A DNA stretch of 64,000 bases from contig BQFW01000002.1 of the NCBI GenBank assembly GCA_020891255.1, positions 3,720,001 through 3,784,000 of the forward strand, written 5' to 3'. The first letter of the stretch is position 1. Every line of letters begins with the position of its first letter. Shown here piece by piece: positions 46,658 through 59,650 of the stretch. Both the position numbers and the translations under genes were made by a program. The stretch is from Entomortierella parvispora E1425 (Eukaryota; Fungi; Mortierellomycota). Under the pieces are notes generated by a model. It searched no databases. It saw only the letters and a list, made by a program, of their open reading frames with translations, and was not told the origin of the DNA.

Positions 46658-46867
46658 AATGACAACTTTTTTTGACCCAAGATCAGTTGTACTCGCTTGT
46701 TGACTTTACGACAAGAATCAGTAGCGCGCCATGAACTGTGCCTCCAGCGTATAACCTCAAAGCGAAGGCGCAAATGCTGTGCCCCCATAGCAGTGGTAGC
46801 CGAACGTAATGGCTCTCAACGCAGGAGGTATGCCTCCAAGCAGTTTTTTTATTCTATTGATCTACTC

Positions 46868-48707
46868 TCATTCAGAGGGCCCGCGCCAAAAGAGAACTCG
46901 GTTCATACCTTCAAAATTAAGCCATGTGGTTTCGATTTCGGGGTGCAAGCTCGCCAGCCATGTTACAAAATCGTCATAGGATGAAACAGGTCGGGTATCT
47001 GTGGCGGTTTCTGTTCCATTCGTCGACCCTTCCGGTTCTATGCTCTTGTCAGTTTTAGTATTGGGGAGGACCCGATGCGTATTCTCACGACTAAAGACGC
47101 AGCAAGGAATAATAGCAAAGGGCTTTCCTGCCTTGAGAGCAGCCCTCACGATAGGTTCAGTCGCTTGGTCCGGATGCAGTCCAATTAAGATTGAGGAATC
47201 GCGAACAAGCTGGTGGCGTTTCTCCAAGAATTCATCGTCCAATATGGTTTGTATCCTATCCGGGTCTGTTGCTTGTAACGGGTGACTTTTCACCGTCGGA
47301 ATAAAATCTGCCAGACCAGCTGGCTCCTGATCTTCGTTCTCACGGTCCTTGTCCTCTTCTTCCTCATCGGCCTCATCTCCAGCTTTCGAGTTGTCTGCTG
47401 TTGCTTCCGTTGTTTCAGCATCAGCAGCAGGACCCTGGTTGGCCGCAAGAAAACCAGCAAGCCATTTTCGCTGCCACTTTCGCATTCCTTTCCCCTGACG
47501 AGGCTCAACAATGGTTGACTGAATGCCTTGCCTTGTCTGAAGTTCCCAAGAAAGATCACCTCGACCTCCAGCAATGTCCAGCACACCTGCGCCCGAGTTC
47601 AAATAATCTCGAGTGAAAGTTTGGATGAGCCATTGAGCAAAATAAAGGGCGCGTTCTCTATGTTGGTTCTTGGTCGTCTTTTGGTGTGGATCGGATGAGT
47701 GATGAGAGATCTGTCGTTTTGCTTGGATACGCTAAAAGAGTAAAAGGCTTTGGTTAATAAACCGCAGCTCGAGGTCAGTTGCACCATCTACATCACGATC
47801 AGAGCAATCGAGTATCTACCTCTTCCACCCAGCGTTTTCTCTCTGCCTTCAGCTTTGCTAGGTCGGTTTCGTGCCAAAATGGGCATGGGTTCTTGTTGCA
47901 CTTTCCAGTGTTGAGCCAGAACTTGCAATGGGGCTGAGCCTCGTCTCCTCTCTGGACATCTGCAGTCGTCGATCCGAGCATATCTGCGCTCTTGCGTTTG
48001 TTGTTCAGCTTTGCCTGGGATCCATTTTGTTCTCCTTGACGACCACGTTCGTTGTTAATCTCTGCCGATCCTGGATGGGGCTCGAATGCTTCTTTGCCTG
48101 TCCAAAGCTCCAGTGTCTCAAACTCAAGACAGTGAAGGAGAGCTGACCATTCATCAGGCTTATCGCCCTCATGATTGAGCTTGACACCCTCCTCGCCAGA
48201 GACTCGTTTCTTCTCAGAGAGTTCAATGTCGCCCACAGCCCTAACAACCGCTCCCAGATGCACTCTGCACCAGAGGTTGTCCAAATCCTTTAAAGAATGC
48301 GTGGGAAACCGAACAATAACCTCCAAGCGTGTCGTGGATCGGGTCCGGCAAAGATTAGGCTCATTGTTCCCAGAGGATCCGGAAGACGGGTCAATGTCCT
48401 CCCACAGACCGCTGACGTCCTGGTCGCCCGCTGCACTGTCTGCATAGGGCCGCTTCTTGTGAACAAAGACAAGGTCAAGGAAAAATAGTTTGCGGGAGAG
48501 CTTCCTCTTGTGGATGATGCGACCTTCAAGGACATATCGCCTCTGAGGCTGGAACCCGAATCGGACAGGTTCGTTCTCCTGTTCTAACCCTCTCTCCTTG
48601 TGGTCGACCGCATCAACCTTTCCGACATCACCGACATCACCGATGCGACTGGGTCCAGCAGCGATCAAGTCCTGGAGCAATGAGGGATCGAGCTGGATGG
48701 GGACCAT
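46868..48707 (-). CDS. ~583-aa protein: OB-fold-like N-terminus, CCCH zinc finger and SAM-dependent methyltransferase-like domain; intron 47732-47819
   Basis: VLEGRIIHKRKLSRKLFFLDL (OB-like); HCKFWLNTGKCNKNPCPFWH (C3H1); VLDIAGGRGDL (motif I); LIGLHPDQATEPIV and FAIIPCCVF. Confidence 0.82.
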
Positions 48708-49397
48708 TGAATGCAAGAGGAGAGAAACGAAGAAGAAGAAGACGAAAAAGAAGAAGAGATCAGTCGCAGCATTGCATTCCCTCTGTTCGTCCGAAAAAGA
48801 CAACTTTTTTTTTTTAGAACACTGAAAAGCAAGTCATGGCACACTCGGCTGGATTTGATCCGGCTGGACAAAGACGAATGCCATCCGCACATGGGGATTG
48901 TCGTTCCTCCTTCTTGTCCCTCTCATTCCCTTCTCTGATCACTTGCCATCCCCCATTCCATCCTTACTCGCTTGTCTGAGTGTGGGACGTGTCTCCTTCC
49001 TTAACCGTCTGTTTGTTTGTGTGTTGGCCCGTTTGCTTTTGGCTGTGCCGTTTCTTCTATTTCCTTTTTTTTTTTATCGCCTTGATTTCCTTGTGTCCGT
49101 CGTCCAAACTGTCTTTCTTTTCTGTCGACTCGCAACTCCACCTTCACTGCATTGGTACCTTCTCCCCTCTCGCCTCCCCTTCCCCACTCTGGACCCTGTT
49201 GGCTCAACCCACAGTCTCGGCCACGTTTTTCTCGTCAATTGAGTTGTCGAGTTTTGTCGTTTGGTCTCGTCTTGAACCCTGTTTCCATACTATCAACCTG
49301 CAGGCCGCGCTCGACCTTTCCAGCCCTTCGCTCCCTTTCCCTTCTCCCTGGGACGCTACAAGACGACTGTCCATCGACTTTCTAACCCACCGTTATC

Positions 49398-52300
49398 ATG
49401 GCCAAGAAGGATAAGGCAGCACAGCGCCACCAGGCTGAGCAAAGTCCCTCAGATTCGGATGACAACGACCATGATCATGACGACCACGATGAACATGAGG
49501 ACCATGACGACCATGAACATAGCCAGGATGGCTCTGCCTCTACAGTCAAGCGCAAACGACTGACTCTGGCTTGCAGCAACTGTCGCCGCAAGAAAATCAA
49601 GTGCGGTAGGTGACCAAACTGTGAATGGACTGAAAAGGACAAGCCCGGTAGACAAACACCATTAGTCCCTTGATTGCGGGTTGGTCAGCACCAAACAAGA
49701 AAACAAGGACGAGAGCGGCTGAAGTGTGTATCAAATAGATTGTGCGCAGAGGGGGCAATACCAAACATCGCGCTGCAACGCGTCTTGTTGAAAAGCAGCA
49801 GAGTGGAGAGGGGGAGGTAAACCTCGACTTTCGATCGCATTTCTATGAAAAAGTTCTAAATCCTTCCTTCGGCCTACGCAATTCCTTCTCTCCTAGATGG
49901 AGTCAAGCCGACGTGTGCCAACTGCGCAAAGCTGGGAGTCGAATGCGCGTACTTGCCAAGCATGAAGAAGCGGGGCCCGCGTCAAGGATACATTGAGCTG
50001 CTGGAGAAACGTCTGGACAAGATGGAGCAATTACTTCAGCAAGGACCCGGAGCAGCGGCCGTGGATCCCGAGTTGCTTGATTCGAGTTCGATCCGCAACT
50101 CACGCCTTCGCCCAGGGAACAACAATTATCGCCGATCCAACTCCCCCGACTCAAGACATGGCGTCTCTCGTCCCAAAGAAGATCCCGAGGAACGCTATTT
50201 CGGGACCACTGCTGGATACACGTCTCAGCACCTAGAGTATGACAAGCAAAACGACGAGAGCAAAGGCGTGGTGGGTCCCCGATACAGCTCACAATCGACC
50301 CTGCCCCAGAAGGGCAGCGGCGATCGCCCAAAGTACCCAATCTATGGAATCAAAGACGATATTCCACGAAAGGACATTCTGGACCATCTCATCCAGCTGT
50401 TTTTCGACTCGATCTACTTTCAATTGCCTATTATCCACCCGGGAACGTTCATGAAACAGTACAAGGAAGGCAAGGTCTCGCCCAACTTGCTCAATGCCAT
50501 GTGTGCGGCCGTCGCCCGTTTCTCCAACCACCCAGATGTGATGACCACCCCCGCATTTATGGCAGGAGAGCCTTTTGCCACTAATGTGCGAGCCTCATTG
50601 GTAGACTCGATCGACATTCCGACGGTTTCAAACGTGCAGGCATTAGTTTACCTGTCCATGTACGAGTATGGAGCCGCGAGAGGGCCTCGAGCATGGATGT
50701 TTGGAGGAATGGCGCTTCGGCTGGCCCAAGAGCTGGGTTTGAACCGAGAAGACAGCAGCCCTGTCTTTTATCTCAAGGGCGACTGGGTGATGCGAGAGAC
50801 GAGAAGGAGGACGTTTTGGGCATGTTTTATGTTGGATGTGCTGGCCTCATCCTCTTCAGGCAGACCCAGGATGATGGACGAACGGGATTGTGAGGTCCTC
50901 TTGCCCAGCGAAGATAATGACTGGTACGACGAGAGGCCTGTTGTCACAGAAATGTTGGACGACGACCAATCTTCAACGGATGGCACGGATAACGAACGTG
51001 GCGAGTCAAACCCAGTAGCAGCAACGGAACAAAAACCTGGGGGTAACAAGGATGTGCCTATGGAACAAGAAGGCGGCAAAACTGAGGCAGGATCTGGGAC
51101 GCAGGCGTCCGAGGGACCTAAATCGACACCTTCTCCAAAGAGCAAAAAACAAGGCGGTCATGTCCTCAGCTCATTTGCGTATCTGATCCGTATCGTGGCC
51201 GTCCTCGGAAAGGTCTCCCAGTACGTCAATAGACCCCGATCCAAGAAGGCCTTGCCTCCAAATGAACCTGGTTCAGAGTTTTCTATCATCGATAATGCCT
51301 TGACGGCCTGGCACAACTCTATCCCTGAGCATTTGGCCTATTCGCTCGAAAATGGAAAGATGGTGAAAGACAAGGGCGAGGGATGCTTGATTGTTTTCAT
51401 GCATGTGATTTATCATACCTCTGTCGTACTGCTCCATCGACCGATCCTGGCAGCCGATCGAGCAACCTTCCCAATCGACTCTGCATTCGTGGAAAATTCA
51501 GCGGCCCGATGCGCCGACGCGGCGAGCAAAGTCTCAGATGTGCTCGAATTTGTCCAAGCCTACAACTGTCCACCAAGGATCTTTATTTCTGCTTTCTTTG
51601 CTTATCCCGTCTTTACGACCGCAACGATGTGAGTGCTCCTGACATAATGGGAATGAGTGTATGCACATCCGTGGTGAAATATGTTTTTGAAACTGACCAT
51701 CTCTCTGCCCTCTCTCTGTAGCCATATCACAAATGCGTTCGCGTCAGACCCTACCGTCGCATCAAGAGCCCGCCGGAGTCTCAGCATACATGTCAAAATT
51801 CTGCAGACGATGAAGTCATATTGGTCAATGGCAGACAAATTCTTTTACATCATTCGCGACCTCTACTCTATCCAGTCCAAGATCAGTTCTTCAGCATCCG
51901 GGGTAGTGGTCCCTAAGGCTGTGGCTCATAGCTTGCAAGGCCGATCCAAGAAATCATTTGCGACCGACGGCTCAGGATATAGCGAGGGGACGCCTGCAGG
52001 AGGGGAATCAGGAGAGAGTGCTGACGCTGCCAAGAATGACCCAGAGGATGGCTCACCACCAGGAATGGCCAAGGGCAAACTGGCCTCTATTAGTTCCTTC
52101 TTGAAAAGCGATTCTGGTCTAATTGCGCTTTGGAGGCGAGCGACAGAGATGCAGTCTTTAGACGAGGCGAATCAGGAAAAGAGACGACTCTCAGCATCAG
52201 AGGAGTCTGACAAGCACAAGGCGATTTCTTTGGACCAGATGAAGGAATTGCATCCTCAAGACAAGGAGCTACAGGAACACCGCGACCGAATGAATGCGCT

Positions 52301-53609
52301 AGAGATCCAAGAGATCAACCAAGAGTTTGACAGACGTTGGAGATCAAAACTAGAGCCGCGTACAGAATTGAGTCGCGCATCTGGACGAAGCACCAATACT
52401 GCGGAAGGCGAGGCGTCGTCAGTGCATGACAAGCGTCACAAGGACGACGAGGACGAGGACCACTCGAATACCAATCCTAAGGGCTCAAAACAAATGAGGA
52501 CAGAAAAGACCACCAAGGCAAAGGTACCGCCTCGAAAGTCCCGGTCTACTACAGTCAGTGGAGGGGATTCTGCACAAGAGAACCTGTCGACTCAAGAATC
52601 TTCGAGTTCATCGAGCCAAAAGCCGGCCGAAAGCACTACTTACCGCCACTCGATCGTATTACAGCCACAACAGCTTCAGCAGGCAGACTCGTACATCATG
52701 CAACCAATGCAGATTCAACCGACCACTGGACCACAAAAGCCAGCAACCGACGTCAATCAGCAGCTCTTGGACCTCTACGCTCAGCAGAACCAGTCGATCG
52801 ACATGATGCAAAACACCAACATCCAGCGACAACAACAGCTCTTGATGCAGCAACAGCAAGCAGCACAGATGTCATCACTGGCATTTGGACCTCCTGGTGG
52901 CTATCCTTCTCTGTTCATGAACAATCCAGGTGGTCCGCTTCAAGGGTTTGCGCCCCAGACAGGAGTTGGCACCGTTCCCAACTTTGTTCCGCCTCTTGTG
53001 TACGGTAGCAACTATGACAACAGACAGCAGGCCAGGATGCCAACAGAGTCCCTGGGATCGTTGTTTGACTTTGCATTGCCTCAAGAGGATATCTCTTTCC
53101 TGTCGAATTCCTTCCAGGTCACTCCAATGATGATGCAGGAGAATGGATCATTCACTCAGCAGAACGCTGCGTCCACTTTGCAGATGGGAGGCAATGCTCG
53201 ACCTATGGGCGGATCAAGAGCGCCCGGCGCGACCATGGGGGATGGTAGCGCTTCTCTCCCTCCCACTGCAGCCGGTGGCATGAGCTCACCCCTTTCGACT
53301 ACCTCGTCGGGTCATAGACGCAACCTGTCCACGTCGTCTCAAAGTCCGTCCACCGACACTAACAGCATGTTCAATCTGTCCCCGGGTTTGAATTCATTCA
53401 TGATGTCCGACGAGAATCTGATGGGCGCCCAGGCGACGCCCAATAACTTAATCCGATACTTGCAACTGCATCATCAGCAAGAGTTGCAGCAACACGAACT
53501 GCAGCAACAACAGGATACTCAGCCATTGTTGAATCAGCAGAACTCGCTGATTTATGACGATTATTTCCCCTGGAGCTCCTTCTCAACGCAGCAGCAGCCA
53601 GGACTGTAA
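49398..53609 (+). CDS. Zn(II)2Cys6 transcription factor with fungal-specific middle homology region and Gln-rich activation tail; 3 exons
   Basis: KRKRLTLACSNCRRKKIKC|DGVKPTCANCAKLGVECAY; LPIIHPGTF; AWMFGGMALRLAQELGLNRED; ETRRRTFWACFMLD. Confidence 0.94.
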
Positions 53610-53963
53610 TTTTTTTTTTGCCATATTTTTGCCATCCCTAATAAAATCGTAATGCAATCAAACAAGATGGAGACCAGCGAGCTTGTCGTCTTTAGTTGAT
53701 CCTAGATACGTGTTCAATTCGAGCATGTCCTCCTTGATTTAACGTCGACTGGAAGAAGAAAATCCAATCATTTGAAAAGAAATCGTGTGGATCTTGCCAT
53801 TAAATCGTCTCCGTCCAATACGTTTTTATAGCAATAGAGTGGTATTGAGGGACTGAGACGGCTCAAATGACCCATACTGAAATTGGAGATGCAATTGTTG
53901 TGATATATTAGAAGATATTGTACAAGTAGACTGTTCGTGACGACATCGCAATGCTCTGTCCTT

Positions 53964-54608
53964 TCACCGTCTTCGCCTAGCCATCTGCAAACTGGCTTGA
54001 TGCTCGAATTCTCTCCGGGTCCCTGGCATGGGTTCCAATAGTTCGATCCGGATATGAACCGCGGAATTCTGACGTCCATGGGTTCCCAAATCCTGCTCTG
54101 TATCGACAGGAATCAGATCATCGACCAAATCCACAGTGGCGGTTTCGGTTTGACAACGGACCTGTCCTGAACAAGAGGCACTGATTCCCATGGCAAGTCC
54201 AATAGCACGCTCAATGGCGGCTCCCATGGCATGTACCATGACGAAGGGGTGTCCGTCTTCAACCAGAAGCTTTTTGGCCCTGGTCAATTGGCCCTTATAG
54301 CTGGAACTCTGGGTGACATAGATATCTGTGGGGAGCGTTGGGGGTCGCACGGGAGCTCGTTTCCGGAGAGTGGCTGGTTTGTTTGAAATAAAAACAAAAA
54401 CGTTAGAGTCGAGGCTTGGAATCAAGAACAAAGACATGCTGCGATCTGGTCGGAGCGGTCAATGGTGGCGCGTCCATGTTGAGCTGATCTTCACGGGAGG
54501 AAGAGAAATGTCTTTACCATCTTCTTTCGCTATCCGAGCTCTCTTTGTGTCTGGCTTGTCCACGCTGCTTCTGAGCCGGTCCCGCTTTGGTTGGCTTGGT
54601 GCTGACAT
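53964..54608 (-). CDS. POP7: RNase P/MRP subunit Rpp20/Pop7 (Alba fold), 166 aa; exons 54608-54518 and 54373-53964
   Basis: KRAPVRP...DIYV, LTRAKKLL, VHAMGAAIERAIGLA, ETATVDLVDDLIP, RQNSAVHIRI. This matches the recalled Rpp20 pattern. Confidence 0.85.
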
Positions 54609-54830
54609 GTGTTATCCTGGTCCTGCGGGTGGTTGAGCAAAAGAGAGAGGATGGACCGCTCCATGAATACATTTTTTTTTTTGGTTGCTTTGAGGCAATG
54701 CTGTTCTTAAGGGGCCAATTCGCCCAACTGTCTTTGTTCCTTTGTTTCGAGGGTGAGGCACATGCACCGCTCAACCGAGACTCATTCCCTGCAGACAGAC
54801 AGACAGACAGCCAAACACCGAGAGCAAGGA

Positions 54831-55804
54831 ATGCAGGCTCTGCCGTCAGAAGAACACGGCGATGCCGTGCAGACTCGACCGCCGGGATCCCAGCCTAATA
54901 GACTCCCGCCCTCCAATTACGACATGGACGAATACTCAGTGGACACGGATGTAAGCTTTGACCTCACCAACATAGTGCAACCCAGGAGCAAATGGTGGCC
55001 GTTGAATAATGGTCCTGACCCTTTGCTGTCTGTTTGCTTGGGAATAGCTTGCCATGCCCATAAAGTTTGATCGTATCCCCGCGCCTTGCATCGATGATAT
55101 CTGCCCAATCCATACACAGAGGATTCCTCCGCCTAATCCGGACCGTGGAAGGTCGCGCTTGGAGTACCTTGTTATACAGAAGGCAGGTCCTGTATTCGTC
55201 GCTTGTAGTTCTCAGCATGTTTTTACTGTTTACTAATACTTGTGCTTGTTGCTCTACTTAGTATGCCAATGTACCGGCTGACACTGAACCGCAGACCTTT
55301 CGCTGTCCACTTGGGAGCTGCATGAAGACAATATGTAGTGCGATGTGCTTGACGTGGAAGGAGTTCGCAATTGAGATCATCGATCATCTTTCTTTCCATG
55401 ATTTTGTGGACCACAAGGACGAGGTGAGAGATGATCTGTCCTTTCTGCTGACCCAAGGAATACGTTGTCTTTCTTCTTGGCTAACGTGTATACTTGGCCG
55501 GATCTGATAGACCTGTATGCAAAACTACATTGGACAGCCGCTGACTAAACGGCCAGCCCAGAAACGACCGATCGCGATCCGACATGCGAGTATGTCTGCC
55601 CGACGTAGACTGCTGGACATGCCGAGACAAAAAGGAGAGGAGAGACATGTCCTAAACATTCCCCTCTACTGGGCATTGAAGGAAAAGGCCGCCACGGCCA
55701 CCCGGCCAGTAACTCGCTCCGACTCTCTTCGCACCGCTGCTCCTTTGACGATGGCGATGCCAATGCCCACGCAACAACCGCGCTCACACCACAAGCGCAC
55801 CTAA
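54831..55804 (+). CDS. Uncharacterised ~233-aa protein with an atypical C-x4-C...H-x3-H zinc-finger-like motif
   Basis: Exons 54831-54950, 55066-55191, 55262-55423 and 55511-55804 are all phase 0, stop-free and have GT-AG ends; intron 2 has a TACTAAT branch point. Motif FRCPLGSC...IIDHLSFH. Confidence 0.62.
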
Positions 55805-56172
55805 TCTGTACATATCTACTACTATCTACCGGTGTCTGGCAGGGATGGCAAGGATGCAGATCCGTAGACACTGAAGCACTTGGAATTTCCACGAACATTA
55901 AAAAGGGGTGGACTTGAGAAGACCAGCACCAGGGCGAAGAATGGGCGTTTTGAATTTTGAATTTTATTTATTTCCCAGCTTTGGGCTGTTTTTCGGTCTG
56001 CCTCCATTTCTCTCCTTTACACCATCCTTTCCATCCCTTTTCATTTCACCTTGCTCTGCTCATCGTTGGACCATCTACAAGCTAGGACAGCATTTCTTCA
56101 GCAGAAACGACCCCACCTCTTGGAACGTCAAGAAGGAACAACGACTCTTCACAACAGCTGAATTAGATTACC

Positions 56173-57811
56173 ATGACAGCACCTACTCCCCAGGGCAGCT
56201 CCATGGCCAACTCGGCCACAGTCAGCATCCTGGCATACTGCTCTTCAAGCATCCTCATGACCGTTACCAACAAGATGGTGCTCTCGCAGTTTGACTTCAA
56301 CATGAACTTTTTGCTGTTGGCATTCCAGGCAAGTGAGCTTTTCTGAATGGAGAAAGTCCGTGTCTGTTGAGGTCAGGCAAGGCAGGGCAGGGCAAGGCAG
56401 GGTTGTTGGACAATTACAAACGTGTCATACAATGACCCAAGTGGTCTGCACGTTCTTGTTTTGTACCATTTTCAGGATCAAGGAAGGACCGTGGACCGAT
56501 TGTGATCGTGTGCTGACGATAACGAATCATTCTTTCCCGCGGCTCTGCAGTCTTTTGCGGCCGTGATCATGCTTTCTGTGTTTAGAAAACTTGGCCTCAT
56601 CTCGTACCGCAATATGGACCCTGCAGAGGCAAAGAAGTGGTTCCCCATCTCCCTGGGCCTCGTTGCCATGATCTATACAGGAAGCAAGAGGTAATATTCT
56701 TTTTTGCCGATGACAGGGTCACTGGAGCAATTCGAACCGAAATGAGCTAACTCACGCGTCTGGGCTATTACGCACTTTAAATAATATAGTTTGCAGTTCT
56801 TGAGTATTCCCGTGTACACAATTTTCAAGAACTTGACCATCATCCTCATTGCGTACGGAGAAGTGCTGTGGTTCGGTAGCAAGGTCACCCCTGTGATGCT
56901 CCTGAGCTTCTTCTTTATGGTAAGAGAAATTCTGGAGATGCGTTCTTCTTGTGTTGGATTGCAATTGGTACACCCGACTCACTCCCACCTCCTGTTGTAA
57001 TAACCTAGGTCTTTTCGTCCGTAATTGCAGGATGGTCAGACATCAGTTCTCAGGGAGCAACTGGGTTGGTGCAATTGAACCCTGGTTATTTCTGGATGGC
57101 GGTGAACTGCTTCTCTTCTGCAGGATACGTTCTTTACATGCGCAAGAGGATCAAGCACTTCAACTTCAAGGATTTTGATACTGTTTATTACAACAACTTG
57201 CTGAGTCTTCCTGTGATGCTCTTGCTCAGTATCACCCTCGAGGGATGGATGTCTGGCGAAATCAGCAAAACATTGTAAGAAAATTGGATATGACATGCCC
57301 AACCTTCCAACAGCCTCTAACAGCATCTTTCACTTGGATTTATAGTGCTCCTGAAGTACGCTCGTCTCTGTGTGTGGCCATCTTGCTCTCGGGAATCTCT
57401 TCATTTTTGATCTCCTATGGAAGCGCATGGTGTGTCCGTTGCACTTCCTCCACGACTTACTCTATGGTCGGCGCGCTGAACAAGCTTCCTGTGGCGGCCA
57501 GTGGAATCTTGTTTTTGGGCGACCCAGCGACTTTTGGAAACGTGTTTGGTATCTTTTTTGGCTTCATTGCAGGACTCCTTTATAGTTACTCAAAGACGGA
57601 TCAGGCGCAAAAGAACCTGGCGCTGGCCAACAACACGACCCTTACCCACACCTCGCTGGGCAACCAATATACCAAGGTGGGCGATTCAGAAGGAGCCGTG
57701 AGCTCACTGGACGGTGATGTCGTGGAGCTCAAGGCACCAGAGCACGTCCCCTCCAAATCGACGGCTTTGCCTCTGTACAAGAGCAACCCCGATGGAAAGA
57801 TTGCAGACTAG
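56173..57811 (+). CDS. VRG4: Golgi GDP-mannose transporter (Vrg4/Gmt family); 5 exons, first intron GC-AG
   Basis: [68 protein letters not shown], and [13 protein letters not shown] (GALNK motif). Confidence 0.94.
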
Positions 57812-58060
57812 ACTGGGGCAACAACATGGTGAAATAAATGGTTGAACTTTGGAACTTCTTTTGAAGGGGCGGGGGGGGTTTTTTTTTTTTGCACCGCTTG
57901 CATCGTTCTGACTGAGGACGGAAGAGAAGAGAAGGAGCAAGAACAAGTCACGTCGATTCATAATTGACCGCTCCGAACCCCGTGTTCCTGCATGACCCAG
58001 GAAACCGACGCTGGATGGATGCGGATGTGTCCAAAGCGGGAATGAGAAAGCTCGTTCTCG

Positions 58061-58113
58061 CATTCATTCATTCATTCATTCATTCATTCATTCATTCATT
58101 CATTCATTCATTC
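58061..58113 (+). repeat. (CATT)~13 perfect microsatellite upstream of BolA
   Basis: Read directly. Confidence 0.95.
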
Positions 58114-58180
58114 CCTCCTTCCTTCTTTGCCTACTCCATCAAGTGCATCCGCTCTGCCGATCCACTTCTCAGTCAACCTC

Positions 58181-58814
58181 ATGATCCTCGCCGCCATTGC
58201 CTCCCCCTCCAAACGCCTCCTCTCCTCCTCCGCATTCTCCCTTGCTAGACCTTTCCACATTTCTGCCATGTCTTCCCAGGAACAGGACGGTCCCGTCACC
58301 TCCAGCATCCGCAACACTGTAAGGCCTTCCCTCCAGAGAAAGCTCCCTGCCTTGGCAATAGCTTTGTGTATATCTTTTTAATCCCAATACCCGAGGATAT
58401 GCGGTGGTCCGGTGGACGATCCATGTAACTCATACCCATACCTTGTTCACATATCCCTTGATCTGCGCAGTTGACAGAGCTTTTGCAGCCTCAGTCGCTC
58501 GAGATCATCAACGACAGCTCAAAGCACGCTCATCATTCGGCCATGCGTGGCGTCTCCAGCAAGGAGACTCACTTCCGGTAAGTTTGCCCTATGTCTTTGC
58601 CAATTGATCTTGCTAGAGACCACAAGTACTGAGTTCACTTTTTATATGATCCCGCAGCGTCAATGTCGTCTCGGAGGCCTTTGCTGGAAAATCAACCATG
58701 CAGCGTCACCGTCTCATCTACGGCGCCTTGAGCAAGGACTTTGAGGCAGGTCTGCACGCGTTGTCGCTCAACACAAAGACACCTGCAGAGATTGCAAAGG
58801 CATCTGAGGCATAG
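58181..58814 (+). CDS. BolA-family protein (BOLA1/Bol1-like) with a mitochondrial-type presequence; 3 exons
   Basis: Ser/Arg-rich N-terminus; GPVTSSIRNT|LTELLQPQSLEIINDSSKHAHHSAMRGVSSKETHFR|VNVVSEAFAGKSTMQRHRLIYGAL..GLHALSLNTKTP. Confidence 0.93.
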
Positions 58815-58929
58815 ATATCACGCACTCTGTAATATATTTCCCTAGATCCTACACTCTCAATATTACTTGTTGTTTTCATTCGCGTGTGGATTCTTTGTTG
58901 TTGTGGCTGTTGTTGTTGTTCTCGCTGTG

Positions 58930-59352
58930 CTACCCACGGCAGTCAATGAAAGGGGCAACCCTTTTCATACAACAGCGAAAGATCTCTCTTTTTTTTTGCA
59001 ACATCATGTCCGTGCCACTTTCTTGACCACATCCAATGCCATGAACACTGATGCACGACACCACATCGTACGGATCGATGAACTTTTTGGCACGTTCTCT
59101 ATCGTCAACAACGCCTTTGTCAAAGAGACTTTGATGCGGGTCCGAATTGTCAGGACGCGTCTTGACCTTTGGATCCAAACTAGCCCTCTAGGCAGGTTGA
59201 ACGTGTCCATTGTGAAGGCATTGGCGCGTCAGCATGGCAATTAAAGTTGGCGATCGCATTTGCAGGGTCCTCTGATAGATCATTCACATGCAGCATACTC
59301 GTGGGCATCCACTATTCTGACGTTCCAGTGTCGGTCGTGTGTGCAGGGTCAT
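58930..59352 (-). CDS. Possible small (~103-aa) two-exon orphan ORF
   Basis: ATG at 59352 with an 18-codon exon, GTATGC donor (59298), TGCTGAC branch-like site, CCTAG acceptor (59188) and an 86-codon second exon. It converges on BolA at 115 bp. No homology was recognised. Confidence 0.3.
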
Positions 59353-59643
59353 TGTTTGGGCTGGAGGAGGACTTCATTTTCTACTCTTGGTGTCACTGTT
59401 GACCTTGGCCCTGCCTCCTTTTTTTGCAGCAAAATGATATGCTTCGGTTCGAGATGCCCCCCCCCCCCTATTTCAAACTGGGCCTTGAAACCACAACGCT
59501 GATGGTTGGCAAGAGCGATTGCTTTACTCTTTTGGTGTCGTTACGTTCCTCGAAGAGCAGATGACCGCCCACTCCAAAGATATGGTGATGATGATCAAGG
59601 TAAAGGGCTATTAGGCCAAAGGAGGACCTCGTCCTCAACACAC

Positions 59644-59650
59644 TATAAAA
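59644..59650 (+). promoter_or_regulatory. TATAAAA followed by a CT-rich leader; possible distal promoter of the F-box gene
   Basis: CACTATAAAAACC, then a pyrimidine-rich stretch and a GTAAGA donor-like site at 59889. Confidence 0.4.

Noticed and set aside
59420-59470. GGTTCGAGATGCC, B-box/tRNA-like
   Set aside because: No cloverleaf or A-box; followed by a poly-C run.
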